From: an uncultured Acidobacteriaceae bacterium
GTDB lineage: Bacteria; Acidobacteriota; Terriglobia; Terriglobales; Acidobacteriaceae
Reading direction: 5' to 3'
DNA length: 64,000 bases
Assembly (NCBI GenBank): GCA_963745105.1
Contig: CAVUWQ010000022.1
Coordinates: 99,366 to 163,365, forward strand
The number at the start of each line of letters is the position of its first letter. The first letter of the stretch is position 1. The position numbers were made by a program, and so were the translations under genes. The notes under the pieces were generated by a model. The model did no database searches and was not told the DNA's origin. It saw nothing but the letters and a program-made list of their open reading frames with translations. Below are positions 33,043 to 42,002 of the stretch, piece after piece.

Positions 33043-34350
33043 ATGCGAGCCGCACTCGAACGCTACTTTGAGTTCTCCCAGCTGAAAACCAACTGGCGCA
33101 CGGAGTTCTTCGCCGGCCTCACCACCTTCGTCACCATGGCCTACATCATCCTGGTGAACCCGGCCATCCTGGCCCAGGCGGGAATCCCTCTGCCCGCCGT
33201 CACCGCCGCCACCTGCCTGTCCGCTGCCTTCGGTTGCATGCTCATGGGCATCATCGCCCGCTATCCCATCGCCCTCGCACCCGGCATGGGGCTCAACGCC
33301 TACTTCACCTACACCGTCGTCATGAAGATGGGCATTCCCTGGCAGACCGCCCTCGGCGCCGTCTTCATCTCCGGCATCGCCTTCCTGCTGCTCACCGCCT
33401 GTGGCATCCGCCAGCTCATCCTGCGCAGCATCCCCCACGAGCTCTACGCCGCCGTCGCCGGAGGCATCGGTCTCTTCATCGCCTTCATCGGACTGCACAA
33501 CGCCGGCATCATCGTGCCGCATCCGGAAACCCTCATCACCCTCGGCAACGTCCGCGCCCCGCAAACCGCATTGGCGCTGCTCGGCGTCATCGTCATCGGC
33601 ACCCTGCAGGTCCTACGCGTGCGCGGATCAATCCTCATCGGCGTCATCCTCATCACCCTCGCCGCCATCCCCTTCCATCTCGTGCACTGGAAGGTATCGT
33701 CCTACAGCATCTCCGCGCTCACCCAGACCGCCTTCCGCCTCGACATCAAATCCGCCATCCACGTCGGCCTGCTCGAGATCATCTTTGTCTTCTTCTTCGT
33801 CGACCTCTTTGACAATCTCGGAACCCTCGTCGCCGTCGCAAAAAAAGCTGAGCTCATAGGCCCCGACGGAAACATCCCGCGCCTGAACAGCATCCTCTTT
33901 GCCGACGCCGCGGCCACCGTCATCGGATCGTTGACGGGAACCTCCACCGTCACCAGCTATGTCGAATCCAGCGCAGGCGTGGCCGCCGGAGGCCGCTCCG
34001 GCATCACCGCCATTGTCACCGGACTCTTCTTCGTCCTGGCCCTCTTCGCCGCCCCGCTGGTAGGCATCGTACCGACGGCAGCCACCGCGCCCGCCCTCAT
34101 CATCGTCGGCAGCCTCATGCTCACCACCATCACGGAAATCCCCTGGACCGAGCCCATCTCCGCCATCCCCGCGTTCTTGACCCTGATCATGATCCCGCTC
34201 AGCGCCTCCATCGCCAACGGCCTGGGCTTCGGAGTCATCGCCTACGCCAGCGTCCACATCCTCTCCGGGAAATTCCGCCGCCAGGATTGGCTCCTCTACC
34301 TGCTAGCCGTACTCTTCCTCATCCGCTTCATCTACGTAGCCAACGCCTGA
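33043..34350 (+). CDS. NCS2-family (AzgA/PbuG-like) purine permease
   Basis: 435 aa. LERYFEFSQLKTNWRTEFFAGLTTFVTMAYIILVNPAILAQAG is the signature AzgA-type N-terminus. About 12 TM segments. Confidence 0.9.
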   Translation: MRAALERYFEFSQLKTNWRTEFFAGLTTFVTMAYIILVNPAILAQAGIPLPAVTAATCLSAAFGCMLMGIIARYPIALAPGMGLNAYFTYTVVMKMGIPWQTALGAVFISGIAFLLLTACGIRQLILRSIPHELYAAVAGGIGLFIAFIGLHNAGIIVPHPETLITLGNVRAPQTALALLGVIVIGTLQVLRVRGSILIGVILITLAAIPFHLVHWKVSSYSISALTQTAFRLDIKSAIHVGLLEIIFVFFFVDLFDNLGTLVAVAKKAELIGPDGNIPRLNSILFADAAATVIGSLTGTSTVTSYVESSAGVAAGGRSGITAIVTGLFFVLALFAAPLVGIVPTAATAPALIIVGSLMLTTITEIPWTEPISAIPAFLTLIMIPLSASIANGLGFGVIAYASVHILSGKFRRQDWLLYLLAVLFLIRFIYVANA

Positions 34351-34393
34351 AACGCGCTTGCCCCGAACACCGGCCCATCCTCCCGCAAGATAT

Positions 34394-34435
34394 ACGATAA
34401 AAATCGTTGACATACGATAATCGTCGTACTACGCT
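34394..34435 (+). promoter_or_regulatory. candidate BlaI operators overlapping a leaderless-type promoter
   Basis: Palindromes ACGAT-aaaa-ATCGT (34394-34407) and ACGAT-a-ATCGT (34414-34424). TTGACA (34407-34412), 17 nt, TACGCT (34430-34435), 7 nt, then ATG at 34443. Confidence 0.45.
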
Positions 34436-34442
34436 GTGCAAC

Positions 34443-34841
34443 ATGGCAAAACGCGAAGAGAAGAAACCTTCGGAACCAATCCCCACTGAGGCTGAACTTG
34501 AAATCCTCCAGATCCTTTGGACAAAGGGTCCACTCACGGTTCGGGAGGTCCATGACGCACTCCACAGCAAGCAGACCGGCTACACAACGGTTTTGAAACA
34601 GATGCAGGTCATGGCCGAAAAGGGCTTGCTTACTCGGAATGAACGCTACCGCTCGCACGTGTATGAACCGAAGCAGCCTCGTGAGCGAACGCAGCGCCAG
34701 CTCGTCACCAATCTCATGCAGCGCGCCTTTTCCGGATCGGCAAAAAATCTTGTGCTGGGCGCTCTCTCGGCACGCAAGGTCTCGAAGGCCGAGCTGGCCG
34801 AGATCCATCAGCTGTTGCAACAGTTCGAAAAGGAGTTGTGA
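34443..34841 (+). CDS. BlaI/MecI/CopY-family transcriptional repressor
   Basis: MAKREEKKPSEPIPTEAELEILQILWTKGPLTVREVHDAL...GYTTVLKQMQVMAEKGLL. The track ORF starts at TTG 34407, but the ATG at 34443 fits the family length and the promoter geometry. Confidence 0.85.
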   Translation: MAKREEKKPSEPIPTEAELEILQILWTKGPLTVREVHDALHSKQTGYTTVLKQMQVMAEKGLLTRNERYRSHVYEPKQPRERTQRQLVTNLMQRAFSGSAKNLVLGALSARKVSKAELAEIHQLLQQFEKEL

Positions 34842-36148
34842 TGCGATCTGCGGCACTCGCGGCAATGAACATCCCGCTGCTTCGAATCATGGGCTGGAGC
34901 CTGCTGCATCTCCTCTGGCAGGGATCCATCCTCGCCATGGCGCTCTCCGGCTTCCTGTCCGTCGCCTGGAAGCTGTCGCCTCGCATTCGCTATCTCGCAG
35001 CCTGCGGCGTCTTCGCATCGATGCTGCTATGCCCCGTCGTCACATTTGCCTATCTTTGCGCGAATGTCTCCAGCTCATCATCTGCCTCTTCCTCCTCACA
35101 GCGAATCCAGGCCACGCAGCTTTTCTCGCAAAGTGCGCGGGACCACGTTTCCTCGCCGCTCTTCGAGCGTTCCGTCGCTGTCGCCAACCATGAAATGACT
35201 TGGATCATGGCATTCTGGTGTGCCGGTGTGGTGATCCTGCTTACCCGGCTGGCCGCTGGCACCATTGTGGTTGCCCGGCTCAAAAGAAGTTCCCTGATTC
35301 CCGTCCCCCTTGAACTCCGCTCTATCGCGGACCGGCTGAGCAGCCAGCTCAAGTTGCCACACAAATGCCGGCTCTTCGCCTCACCTGCCATAGCCGGACC
35401 TGTCGCAGTTGGCTGGACGAAGCCGCTGATTCTGCTGCCGCTGCACAGCTTATCGAGCCTCTCTGCTGAACAGGTTGAGGCCCTGCTCGCCCACGAGCTG
35501 GCTCATGTCAGCCGGCACGACTATCTCGTGAACACCTTGCAGGCCGTCGCCGAGTCGCTCTTCTTTTATCACCCAGCGGTCTGGTGGGTCTCGAAACAGA
35601 TGCGGCAGGAGCGTGAGCATTGCTGCGACGACATCGCGGTCAAGGCCAGCGGATCGCCCATTTACTTCGCCAGGGCTCTGTCTCTGCTTGAAGAACAACG
35701 TGCCTCGGCATCAACCCAACTCATTCTCAGCGCACATGGAGGCCATATGGCAATGCGGATCAAACGGCTGCTCGGGCAATCAAAACCAACCATCACCCTT
35801 CGCGGAACGGTCTTCTGGGTTCTTTCCTCCGGAGTCGTCGCCGTGGTTTCTTTCTTCTCGTTTTGCAGCCTGGCTGCCGGAGATGTAGGCGCATTCTCCC
35901 AAAGCCAGTCCACGCCCCCCGCAGCTTCAGGCACTGCTAACAAGCGTCCGGATATGTCCTGCACCTACTACGACACACAGACCCCTGTCCTCCAGGCCCT
36001 GCCAGGAACCTGTGGGACACAAGAAGACTCATACAGGTATTACTGCACCGAAAATGGGGGCCAGCACCGGATCGAAAAACAGAAGGCCTGTAAGTGGAAG
36101 GTCGAACGACTCGAACAGTGGAAAGCCGCCCAGCATATCGGCGAATGA
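34841..36148 (+). CDS. BlaR1-like M56-family membrane metalloprotease (signal transducer) with a short Cys-containing C-terminal domain
   Basis: The ATG at 34841 overlaps the blaI stop (TGATG) and has AGGAG 5 nt upstream. HELAHVSRHD is the HEXXH motif. Multiple TM segments. The C-terminal ~95 aa after the last TM contain 4 Cys. Confidence 0.8.
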   Translation: MRSAALAAMNIPLLRIMGWSLLHLLWQGSILAMALSGFLSVAWKLSPRIRYLAACGVFASMLLCPVVTFAYLCANVSSSSSASSSSQRIQATQLFSQSARDHVSSPLFERSVAVANHEMTWIMAFWCAGVVILLTRLAAGTIVVARLKRSSLIPVPLELRSIADRLSSQLKLPHKCRLFASPAIAGPVAVGWTKPLILLPLHSLSSLSAEQVEALLAHELAHVSRHDYLVNTLQAVAESLFFYHPAVWWVSKQMRQEREHCCDDIAVKASGSPIYFARALSLLEEQRASASTQLILSAHGGHMAMRIKRLLGQSKPTITLRGTVFWVLSSGVVAVVSFFSFCSLAAGDVGAFSQSQSTPPAASGTANKRPDMSCTYYDTQTPVLQALPGTCGTQEDSYRYYCTENGGQHRIEKQKACKWKVERLEQWKAAQHIGE

Positions 36149-36701
36149 AAGCGGAGCGGCAGAACGGGAACTGCGGTCGGCTTCAACCGCAATACACCCG
36201 ATTCTGCCGCCCTTTCTCCGCTCACCGGCATCCGCAACAAATGCTGTCCGCGACCATATATAGGAACCGGATATCCACCACTCCACTCAGCACCTGTGCA
36301 TCCCGTGGACAACACGTTTCCTGTTGAAACCCCCACCTGCCGGAACCCTCGTCAGCCTTGCATGAAACCACTCTTTCCACTCCCGCCCCGCGCTTTCCAC
36401 ACGCCTTAAAGATCACCATGTGCAGAATCAGGAGAACAAGCCGCCATTTTTCGACAATCCACCCACTCTTCCGGCTTTTGAAATTCGCTGTACCGGCTTT
36501 TCTAAAACTGGACCATAACTAATCCCCGCGTCAGCAGCGGTTTTGACCCCGCTTTCCACTTTTCCGAGCCAAACGGTTACTGCTGCTGGGTAAATAACCC
36601 CTATAAAAAGCTTTCTTAACAGCAGTAACCCGGCTGCGTGACCACCCTTACCGTTAGCCCTCCAGCCGCCCCGCGCTACACTTCAGACGAGTGACGGCGA
36701 G

Positions 36702-37127
36702 ATGACCGACAACCTGCTCGAGAGCATCCGCGCCACCGTCCAGGATTTCCTAGCTCCGGAAATCCGCACCCACTCCGTCCGCCTCGAAGCCCTCGACCAC
36801 AAGATCGACGAGGCCAAGCAAACGCTCATCGCCAAGATTGACTCCGTGGACAGAGCTCTCGGAGAAACCAAGGCGACGCTAGTCGCCCGCATCGACGCCG
36901 GAACCAAAGGCGTAGAAGATGCAAAGTCCAGTCTGAACGGACGCGTCGATAGTTTGGCGAGTATTCTCGAAGCGACCAAGCAGACCCTCCGCGCCGACAT
37001 CCGCACCGTCGAAGTCCGCATCCAGAGCCTCGAAGACCTCATCCGTCAGCTAGGCCGCCAGATCTCCCTCGAAGGCTCCATTCGCGAGCGCCTGGCCTCG
37101 CTCGAAGCCCGTATTCCGCAGCACTGA
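36702..37127 (+). CDS. coiled-coil protein with four ~18-residue repeats, unknown function
   Basis: 141 aa. EAKQTLIAKIDSVDRALG / ETKATLVARIDAGTKGVE / DAKSSLNGRVDSLASILE / ATKQTLRADIRTVEVRIQ. Confidence 0.5.
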   Translation: MTDNLLESIRATVQDFLAPEIRTHSVRLEALDHKIDEAKQTLIAKIDSVDRALGETKATLVARIDAGTKGVEDAKSSLNGRVDSLASILEATKQTLRADIRTVEVRIQSLEDLIRQLGRQISLEGSIRERLASLEARIPQH

Positions 37128-37301
37128 GCCATTGCGTATCGCTCCGGCGCCCGTATTTCCTGCAAAAAACCCAGTTTTCCAGAGGGCGCAAATACCCCGT
37201 TTGTTACTAGAATGAAGCGGTGATCTGTTCATTTGCGCGCGCTGCTTCGGACTTTCCTCCGCCGTGGTGTAAAGTGGGCAAAATCGCAATAGGAGGTTCG
37301 C

Positions 37302-38495
37302 ATGGCAGGCGTAACGACAGGACCAGCAATTGAGCTCGAAAAACCCGTATCGGGCGCAGGCCAGGGTGCCAACATGGAGATCAGCATCAGCCGTCAGGAT
37401 TTGCTGCGCGAGCTCACCGCCACGCAAAGCGTAGTCGAGCGCAAGACCACGATTCCGATTCTCTCCAACTTCCTCATCGAAGCCGAGGACGACCGCATCA
37501 CCATCACCGCCACCGACCTCGACCAGAGCATCCGCACCTCCTGCGCCGCCAAGATCAAGAAGCCCGGCTCCTCCACCATCCCCGCGCGCAAGCTCTACGA
37601 CTACATCAAGCTCCTGCCCGACGGCGACATCTCCATCAAGCTGATGGAGAACCACTGGATTCAGATCCGCTCCGGCCGCTCCAACACCAAGATGGTCGGC
37701 ATGGCCCGCGCCAACTTCCCCCAGGTGCCCGAGTTCCCCCAGCACAGCATCACCAGCATCCCCGCCGCCTCGCTCAAGAACCTGATTTCGAAGACCATCT
37801 TCGCCATCTCCAACGAAGAGTCGCGCTATACGCTGAACGGCGCCCTGCTCATCCTCAAGGCCGAGTCCCTGGCCATGGTCGCCACTGACGGACACCGCCT
37901 CGCCCACATCGAAAAATCCGGCGAAACGCTCTCCAACGTCAGCGGCGAGCGCAAGACCCTCATCCCGCGCAAGGCTCTCGCCGAGCTCCAGTCCCTGCTC
38001 GGCAACACCGACGCCGAAACCATCGAGTTTGCCGACGACGACCACACCCTCTTCTTCCGCATCGGACACCGCGTCCTCACCAGCCGCAAGCTCACCGGAC
38101 AGTTCCCCAACTACGAAGCCGTCATGCCCCGCGAGAACAACAAGTTCGTCATCGTGCGCAGCGAAGACCTCATGGGATCCATCCAGCGCGTAGCCCAGTT
38201 CGCCGACGAGCGCTCCGGAGCCGTCAAGGTCCGCCTCGAGCAGAACGAGCTGAAGATCTCGTCCTCATCGACGGACTCGGGAGAATCGGAAGACACCATC
38301 GAAACTCCCTACAGCTTCGATCCGCTGGTAGTCGGATTCAACTCCTCCTACCTGATCGACTTCTTAAAGGCCATCGGAAACACCGGGGAAGTAAGGCTCG
38401 AATTTAAGGACGCCCAATCCGCAGGCCAGGTAAGACCCGAAGACCCCGACGGAGAATACAAGTACCGCTACATCATCATGCCCATGCGCATCTGA
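37302..38495 (+). CDS. dnaN: DNA polymerase III beta sliding clamp
   Basis: MEISISRQDLLRELTATQSVVERKTTIPILSNFLIEAEDDRITITATDLD..., LNGALLIL, ATDGHRLA, C-terminal YIIMPMRI. The ATG at 37302 has AGGAGG 5 nt upstream. Homology begins at the internal ATG 37374, so the start is ambiguous. Confidence 0.93.
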   Translation: MAGVTTGPAIELEKPVSGAGQGANMEISISRQDLLRELTATQSVVERKTTIPILSNFLIEAEDDRITITATDLDQSIRTSCAAKIKKPGSSTIPARKLYDYIKLLPDGDISIKLMENHWIQIRSGRSNTKMVGMARANFPQVPEFPQHSITSIPAASLKNLISKTIFAISNEESRYTLNGALLILKAESLAMVATDGHRLAHIEKSGETLSNVSGERKTLIPRKALAELQSLLGNTDAETIEFADDDHTLFFRIGHRVLTSRKLTGQFPNYEAVMPRENNKFVIVRSEDLMGSIQRVAQFADERSGAVKVRLEQNELKISSSSTDSGESEDTIETPYSFDPLVVGFNSSYLIDFLKAIGNTGEVRLEFKDAQSAGQVRPEDPDGEYKYRYIIMPMRI

Positions 38496-38540
38496 GGACT
38501 CGCCGTCCAGGCATACATACGCGGATTTGCCGCAAAAACG

Positions 38541-38566
38541 AAAGCGGCCGAAAGGCCGCTTTTGTT
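38541..38566 (+). terminator. intrinsic terminator of dnaN
   Basis: aaagcggcc-gaaa-ggccgcttt followed by tgttg. Confidence 0.7.
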
Positions 38567-38619
38567 GTCAATGAATAGAAGCTGACCTCTCGTCACCGAT
38601 TGTCAGAAATACCTTAAAG

Positions 38620-38850
38620 CTAACTCTCAAGAGTATTGGCTTCTGGGGCAATTTGTTTGTCCGTACTCTGGAAGCGCTGTTGCTGGTTCTTCATAAGTAA
38701 CTCACAAACAAGAAGCTTAAGCCTGGAGTTAGCTTCTTGAAGTTCGTAGAGGTGCTCTGTTAATACTTCTCCCGATTGCGCCGTCTCGGGTAGCTCTGTA
38801 CATGTTTCAGATTCGATAAAGCTGGTAGATTTTTGCATTGTGACGGTCAT
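38620..38850 (-). CDS. hypothetical small protein (low-GC island)
   Basis: 76 aa ORF; only ORF length and local low GC (27/60 in 38641-38700) support it. Coiled-coil-like YELQEANSRLKLLVCELLMKNQQQ. Confidence 0.3.
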   Translation of the reverse strand: MTVTMQKSTSFIESETCTELPETAQSGEVLTEHLYELQEANSRLKLLVCELLMKNQQQRFQSTDKQIAPEANTLES

Positions 38851-38937
38851 TCATGATGTTGATTTCTTATCTATCCCGACAAAGAAGCATTAGAAATCTT
38901 CTCCTCGAAGTCTGGGTCGCTGGTTGCACTTCTTAGT

Positions 38938-39321
38938 TCACGGGGACAGCACCGGAGCCCCTTTGTTTTTTACTAGGAACACGACAAACTTTGCCGTCTC
39001 GGTTTGGCTCGCATTGCGGCCAACGGTATGGATATCTTCGGGGCCTTCATAAAAGCTCTGACCAGGCGCTAGGGTGACTTCTTTCCCACCCTTGACCTGC
39101 ATCACGATCGAGCCCTGGAGCACATAAATAAACCCATATGCATTGTGACGGTGTACAGGATCAGAAGCCCCGGGCGGATACTCGACAGTGATCATCAACC
39201 CTTCCTTGCCGGGAATATTCGTGAGGTCCTTAGACAGAATTTCCGTCACCTTAGCATCCTGTGCCATTAGCCACGGGGGAGCCAAGCACGCCAGACATAG
39301 AATTAGTTTTGCTAGTTTCAT
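38938..39321 (-). CDS. secreted cupin-domain protein
   Basis: 127 aa. Signal peptide MKLAKLILCLACLAPPWLMAQ. Cupin motifs PPGASDPVHRHNAYGFIYVLQGSI and GQSFYEGPEDIHTVGN-like. Confidence 0.75.
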   Translation of the reverse strand: MKLAKLILCLACLAPPWLMAQDAKVTEILSKDLTNIPGKEGLMITVEYPPGASDPVHRHNAYGFIYVLQGSIVMQVKGGKEVTLAPGQSFYEGPEDIHTVGRNASQTETAKFVVFLVKNKGAPVLSP

Positions 39322-39396
39322 AAAGCAATCTCCTCGATGTTATTGCTATTCATCACTTGGAAAGAGAGGCCGAGTTCAGCAGACTCGGCTTCCGTT

Positions 39397-40188
39397 CTAG
39401 CGGTACGCGACCACTGTGGACTGGGAGAGCCAGGTCTCGAAACGCGTTTTGCCAAGTAGGGCGTCCTTGCCGGGGACCAGGGTGCGTTCGTCGACTTCGA
39501 CACCAAAGTAGCCGGCCGAAGGGTCCGCCGATACCTTGCGCGGGTCGTCGTATGCACGAAGCCCCTGAAGAATGAATTCATCGAGACGGAAATGTTGCGG
39601 CCCCGCCACCTCAACGATTCCATTGACAGGAGCACAAACCGCGATCCGCCCAAGCGCCATGGCAACATCGTCAGCCGCCACTGGTTGGATGAGGACCGGG
39701 GCCACCCGCACTGTTGTGCCATCGGTGGAAGCATCGGCAATACTTTTGACAAACTCGAAGAACTGGGTGGCGTGGACGATAGAAAACGGGATCGAAGATT
39801 CTGCGATTAGCTTCTCCTGCATGAGCTTCGCCCGAAAATATCCGCGAATCGTCCTTTCCCCATCCGAAGGCTTTCTTTGAGCCAGAAGAGTGGTGCCCAC
39901 GACGGACAAAGCCACGTGGTGCCGCACCCCGCAAGCTCTTTCGTACTGAAGGAGGTTGCCCGTCGCGGTAGCGAAGAAGTTCATCGCCGCCTCTTCTTCG
40001 AAGGAGGGCGAATTCGATACGTCAACCACCACCGAGGCGCCCTTCAGAACCTCTGCCAGCCCCTCACCGGTAAGAGCGTTGACGCCTGAATTGGGTGATG
40101 CAGCTATCGCCTCGTGTCGGTGCTCACGAAGCATGTTGACGAGCTTTGATCCTATGAGACCACTACCGCCTATTACTACGATCTTCAT
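39397..40188 (-). CDS. NmrA-like/atypical SDR NAD(P)-binding oxidoreductase
   Basis: 263 aa. MKIVVIGGSGLIGSKLV is the Rossmann GxxGxxG motif. No obvious YxxxK; NmrA/epimerase-like. Confidence 0.8.
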   Translation of the reverse strand: MKIVVIGGSGLIGSKLVNMLREHRHEAIAASPNSGVNALTGEGLAEVLKGASVVVDVSNSPSFEEEAAMNFFATATGNLLQYERACGVRHHVALSVVGTTLLAQRKPSDGERTIRGYFRAKLMQEKLIAESSIPFSIVHATQFFEFVKSIADASTDGTTVRVAPVLIQPVAADDVAMALGRIAVCAPVNGIVEVAGPQHFRLDEFILQGLRAYDDPRKVSADPSAGYFGVEVDERTLVPGKDALLGKTRFETWLSQSTVVAYR

Positions 40189-40744
40189 AATTAATCCCCT
40201 TATTCGGACGACGATTCGAATCGCCGTTCGTACTCGCTAAGACCGAATAACAACGCGTTTCGTGACACGATGCCGGTCTTTTGCTCGCAATAGTCGAGAG
40301 GCAAATATGTCCATAAAAAAGTGAGGAGCATATGTCACAGATTGACGCTTTGGTTGGTCTTTCTCTGTATGTTTCGCGATGCAGACTACCGGTGAACCTT
40401 CGTTTCGAAACTTCAGCAAAAGTAATGAGAGAGGAAATGACAATCATGTTCATCTGCGAGACCAACGACGAAGATATCCCAGCAAATACCGAGGCTTATG
40501 ACGAGATAGTTGCCAGCCAGGAGGAGATCTATCTTGAAGAGACAGCGGAGGAGCTGCGAATGATCCTGGAATCCGACTATCCACTTTGAAGGAAGGCGGG
40601 AGTGTCGATGATGCGTTTGAAGATGCTGCTAACAACCTCATCATCAGAGATCCCGACGACCCTCCACTTCGCGAAGAGACGCGAGAGAAAATGATTTCCC
40701 ATTAAGGCTTCTTCAAGTGATATTGATTTGCCGGACGGTAAACT

Positions 40745-41674
40745 ATGACCACTGCGATGGCGGAAGAAGAGATATCGAAAACATCCTTGCCCGAATACGA
40801 CGATGGTCTTTCGGCCTTCGCCGAAGTGCGTCCGCGCTTATTCGGCATAGCCTACCGCGTGCTTGGAAGCGCGGCGGAGGCCGAAGACATAGTGCAGGAT
40901 GTTTGGTTGCGGTGGCAGGCTACCGATCGAAGTGCAGTTGAAAACCCTCCAGCATTTCTGGCGACGACAACGACACGGATGTGTATCAATTTCGCCCAGA
41001 GCGCGCAGTCGCGGCGGGAAACCTATATCGGGTCTTGGCTTCCCGAACCGGTCGATACGAGCAGCGATCCTACATTAGGCGCGGAGCGTAGCGAAGCTCT
41101 GGGACTCGCCGTGCTTATCCTCCTCGAAAAACTGTCTCCCACTGAACGCGCCGCATATGTGCTGCGCGAAGCATTCGACTATTCCTATCGTCAGGTCTCC
41201 GAGATATTGCAGATTGAGGAGGCAAATGCCAGGCAACTTGTCTCTCGCGCACGTAAGCATGTTACGGATGGGCGGCGCACCCCCGTCAGTGCAGACGAGC
41301 AGCGGCGCCTCCTTGAGACATTCATTGCTGCGGCGCAAAAAGGAGATTTGGCGGCTCTCGAAGGTCTCTTCGCCGAGGATGTAGTCTCATTCTCGGATGG
41401 CGGCGGGGTCGTGCGCACGGCGGCCCGCGCGCCGGTGGCCGGGCGCGAGCGCGTTGCGAAGTTTATCGCTTCCTTTGCTTCGCATTTCTGGACGGGCATG
41501 ACGCTGACATGGGTTCAGACAAACGGCCACGCATCTGTCCTGATTTCGCGCCAAGGCGTCCCTGCCGCGCTCGCGACGATTGACGCCTCGGCTCCGGGCA
41601 TCGATCGGATCATGTGGGTCTTGAGACCAAGTAAGCTTGCTGCTGTCTCAATGGTTAAACAAAATTTTCATTGA
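40745..41674 (+). CDS. ECF41-type (SigJ-like) sigma factor with C-terminal SnoaL/NTF2-like extension
   Basis: 309 aa. Region 2 FGIAYRVLGSAAEAEDIVQDVWLRW, the WLPEP motif, region 4 ERAAYVLREAFDYSYRQVSEILQIEEANARQLVSRARKH, then FSDGGGVV...RPSKLAAV. Confidence 0.85.
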   Translation: MTTAMAEEEISKTSLPEYDDGLSAFAEVRPRLFGIAYRVLGSAAEAEDIVQDVWLRWQATDRSAVENPPAFLATTTTRMCINFAQSAQSRRETYIGSWLPEPVDTSSDPTLGAERSEALGLAVLILLEKLSPTERAAYVLREAFDYSYRQVSEILQIEEANARQLVSRARKHVTDGRRTPVSADEQRRLLETFIAAAQKGDLAALEGLFAEDVVSFSDGGGVVRTAARAPVAGRERVAKFIASFASHFWTGMTLTWVQTNGHASVLISRQGVPAALATIDASAPGIDRIMWVLRPSKLAAVSMVKQNFH

Positions 41675-41756
41675 TTGTGGAACGCGAGATCGCGATTTGA
41701 GCGGCACCGTGTGGGACGAGCGCGCCTCTCAACCAAATGGTCCAAACGGCGGGTGG

Positions 41757-41787
41757 CCCATTCAAGCCCGCGGTTGGCTTGAGTGGG
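41757..41787. repeat. type E hairpin repeat
   Basis: cccattcaagcc-cgcggtt-ggcttgagtggg, preceded by ggcgggtgg, as at 19223-19262. Confidence 0.7.
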
Positions 41788-42002
41788 TTATCTCATCTTA
41801 GGGAATCCCAGTCCTCCACAATCATCCCGATCCCCCACGCAACACAGCTCGGCGTAGCCGCACAGCTTCCCCGCAAGTGTCCCTTTTCGCGGCAGGAAAC
41901 CCGAAGCCGCCCTGCGCGCCCCATCCCTTCGGCAAGGTAGAATCTCACCAGCCCGCTCTTAGCTCGCATCTGTCAGCTCCCCCAGAGCAGCCCCATGAAT
42001 CG

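Noticed and set aside
38570-40744. Calling the low-GC segments (also 4371-5202 and 58040-59260) mobile elements
   Set aside because: No integrase, transposase, tRNA attachment site or flanking direct repeats could be identified. Only composition and position suggest foreign origin, so they are reported as observations and not as mobile_element features.
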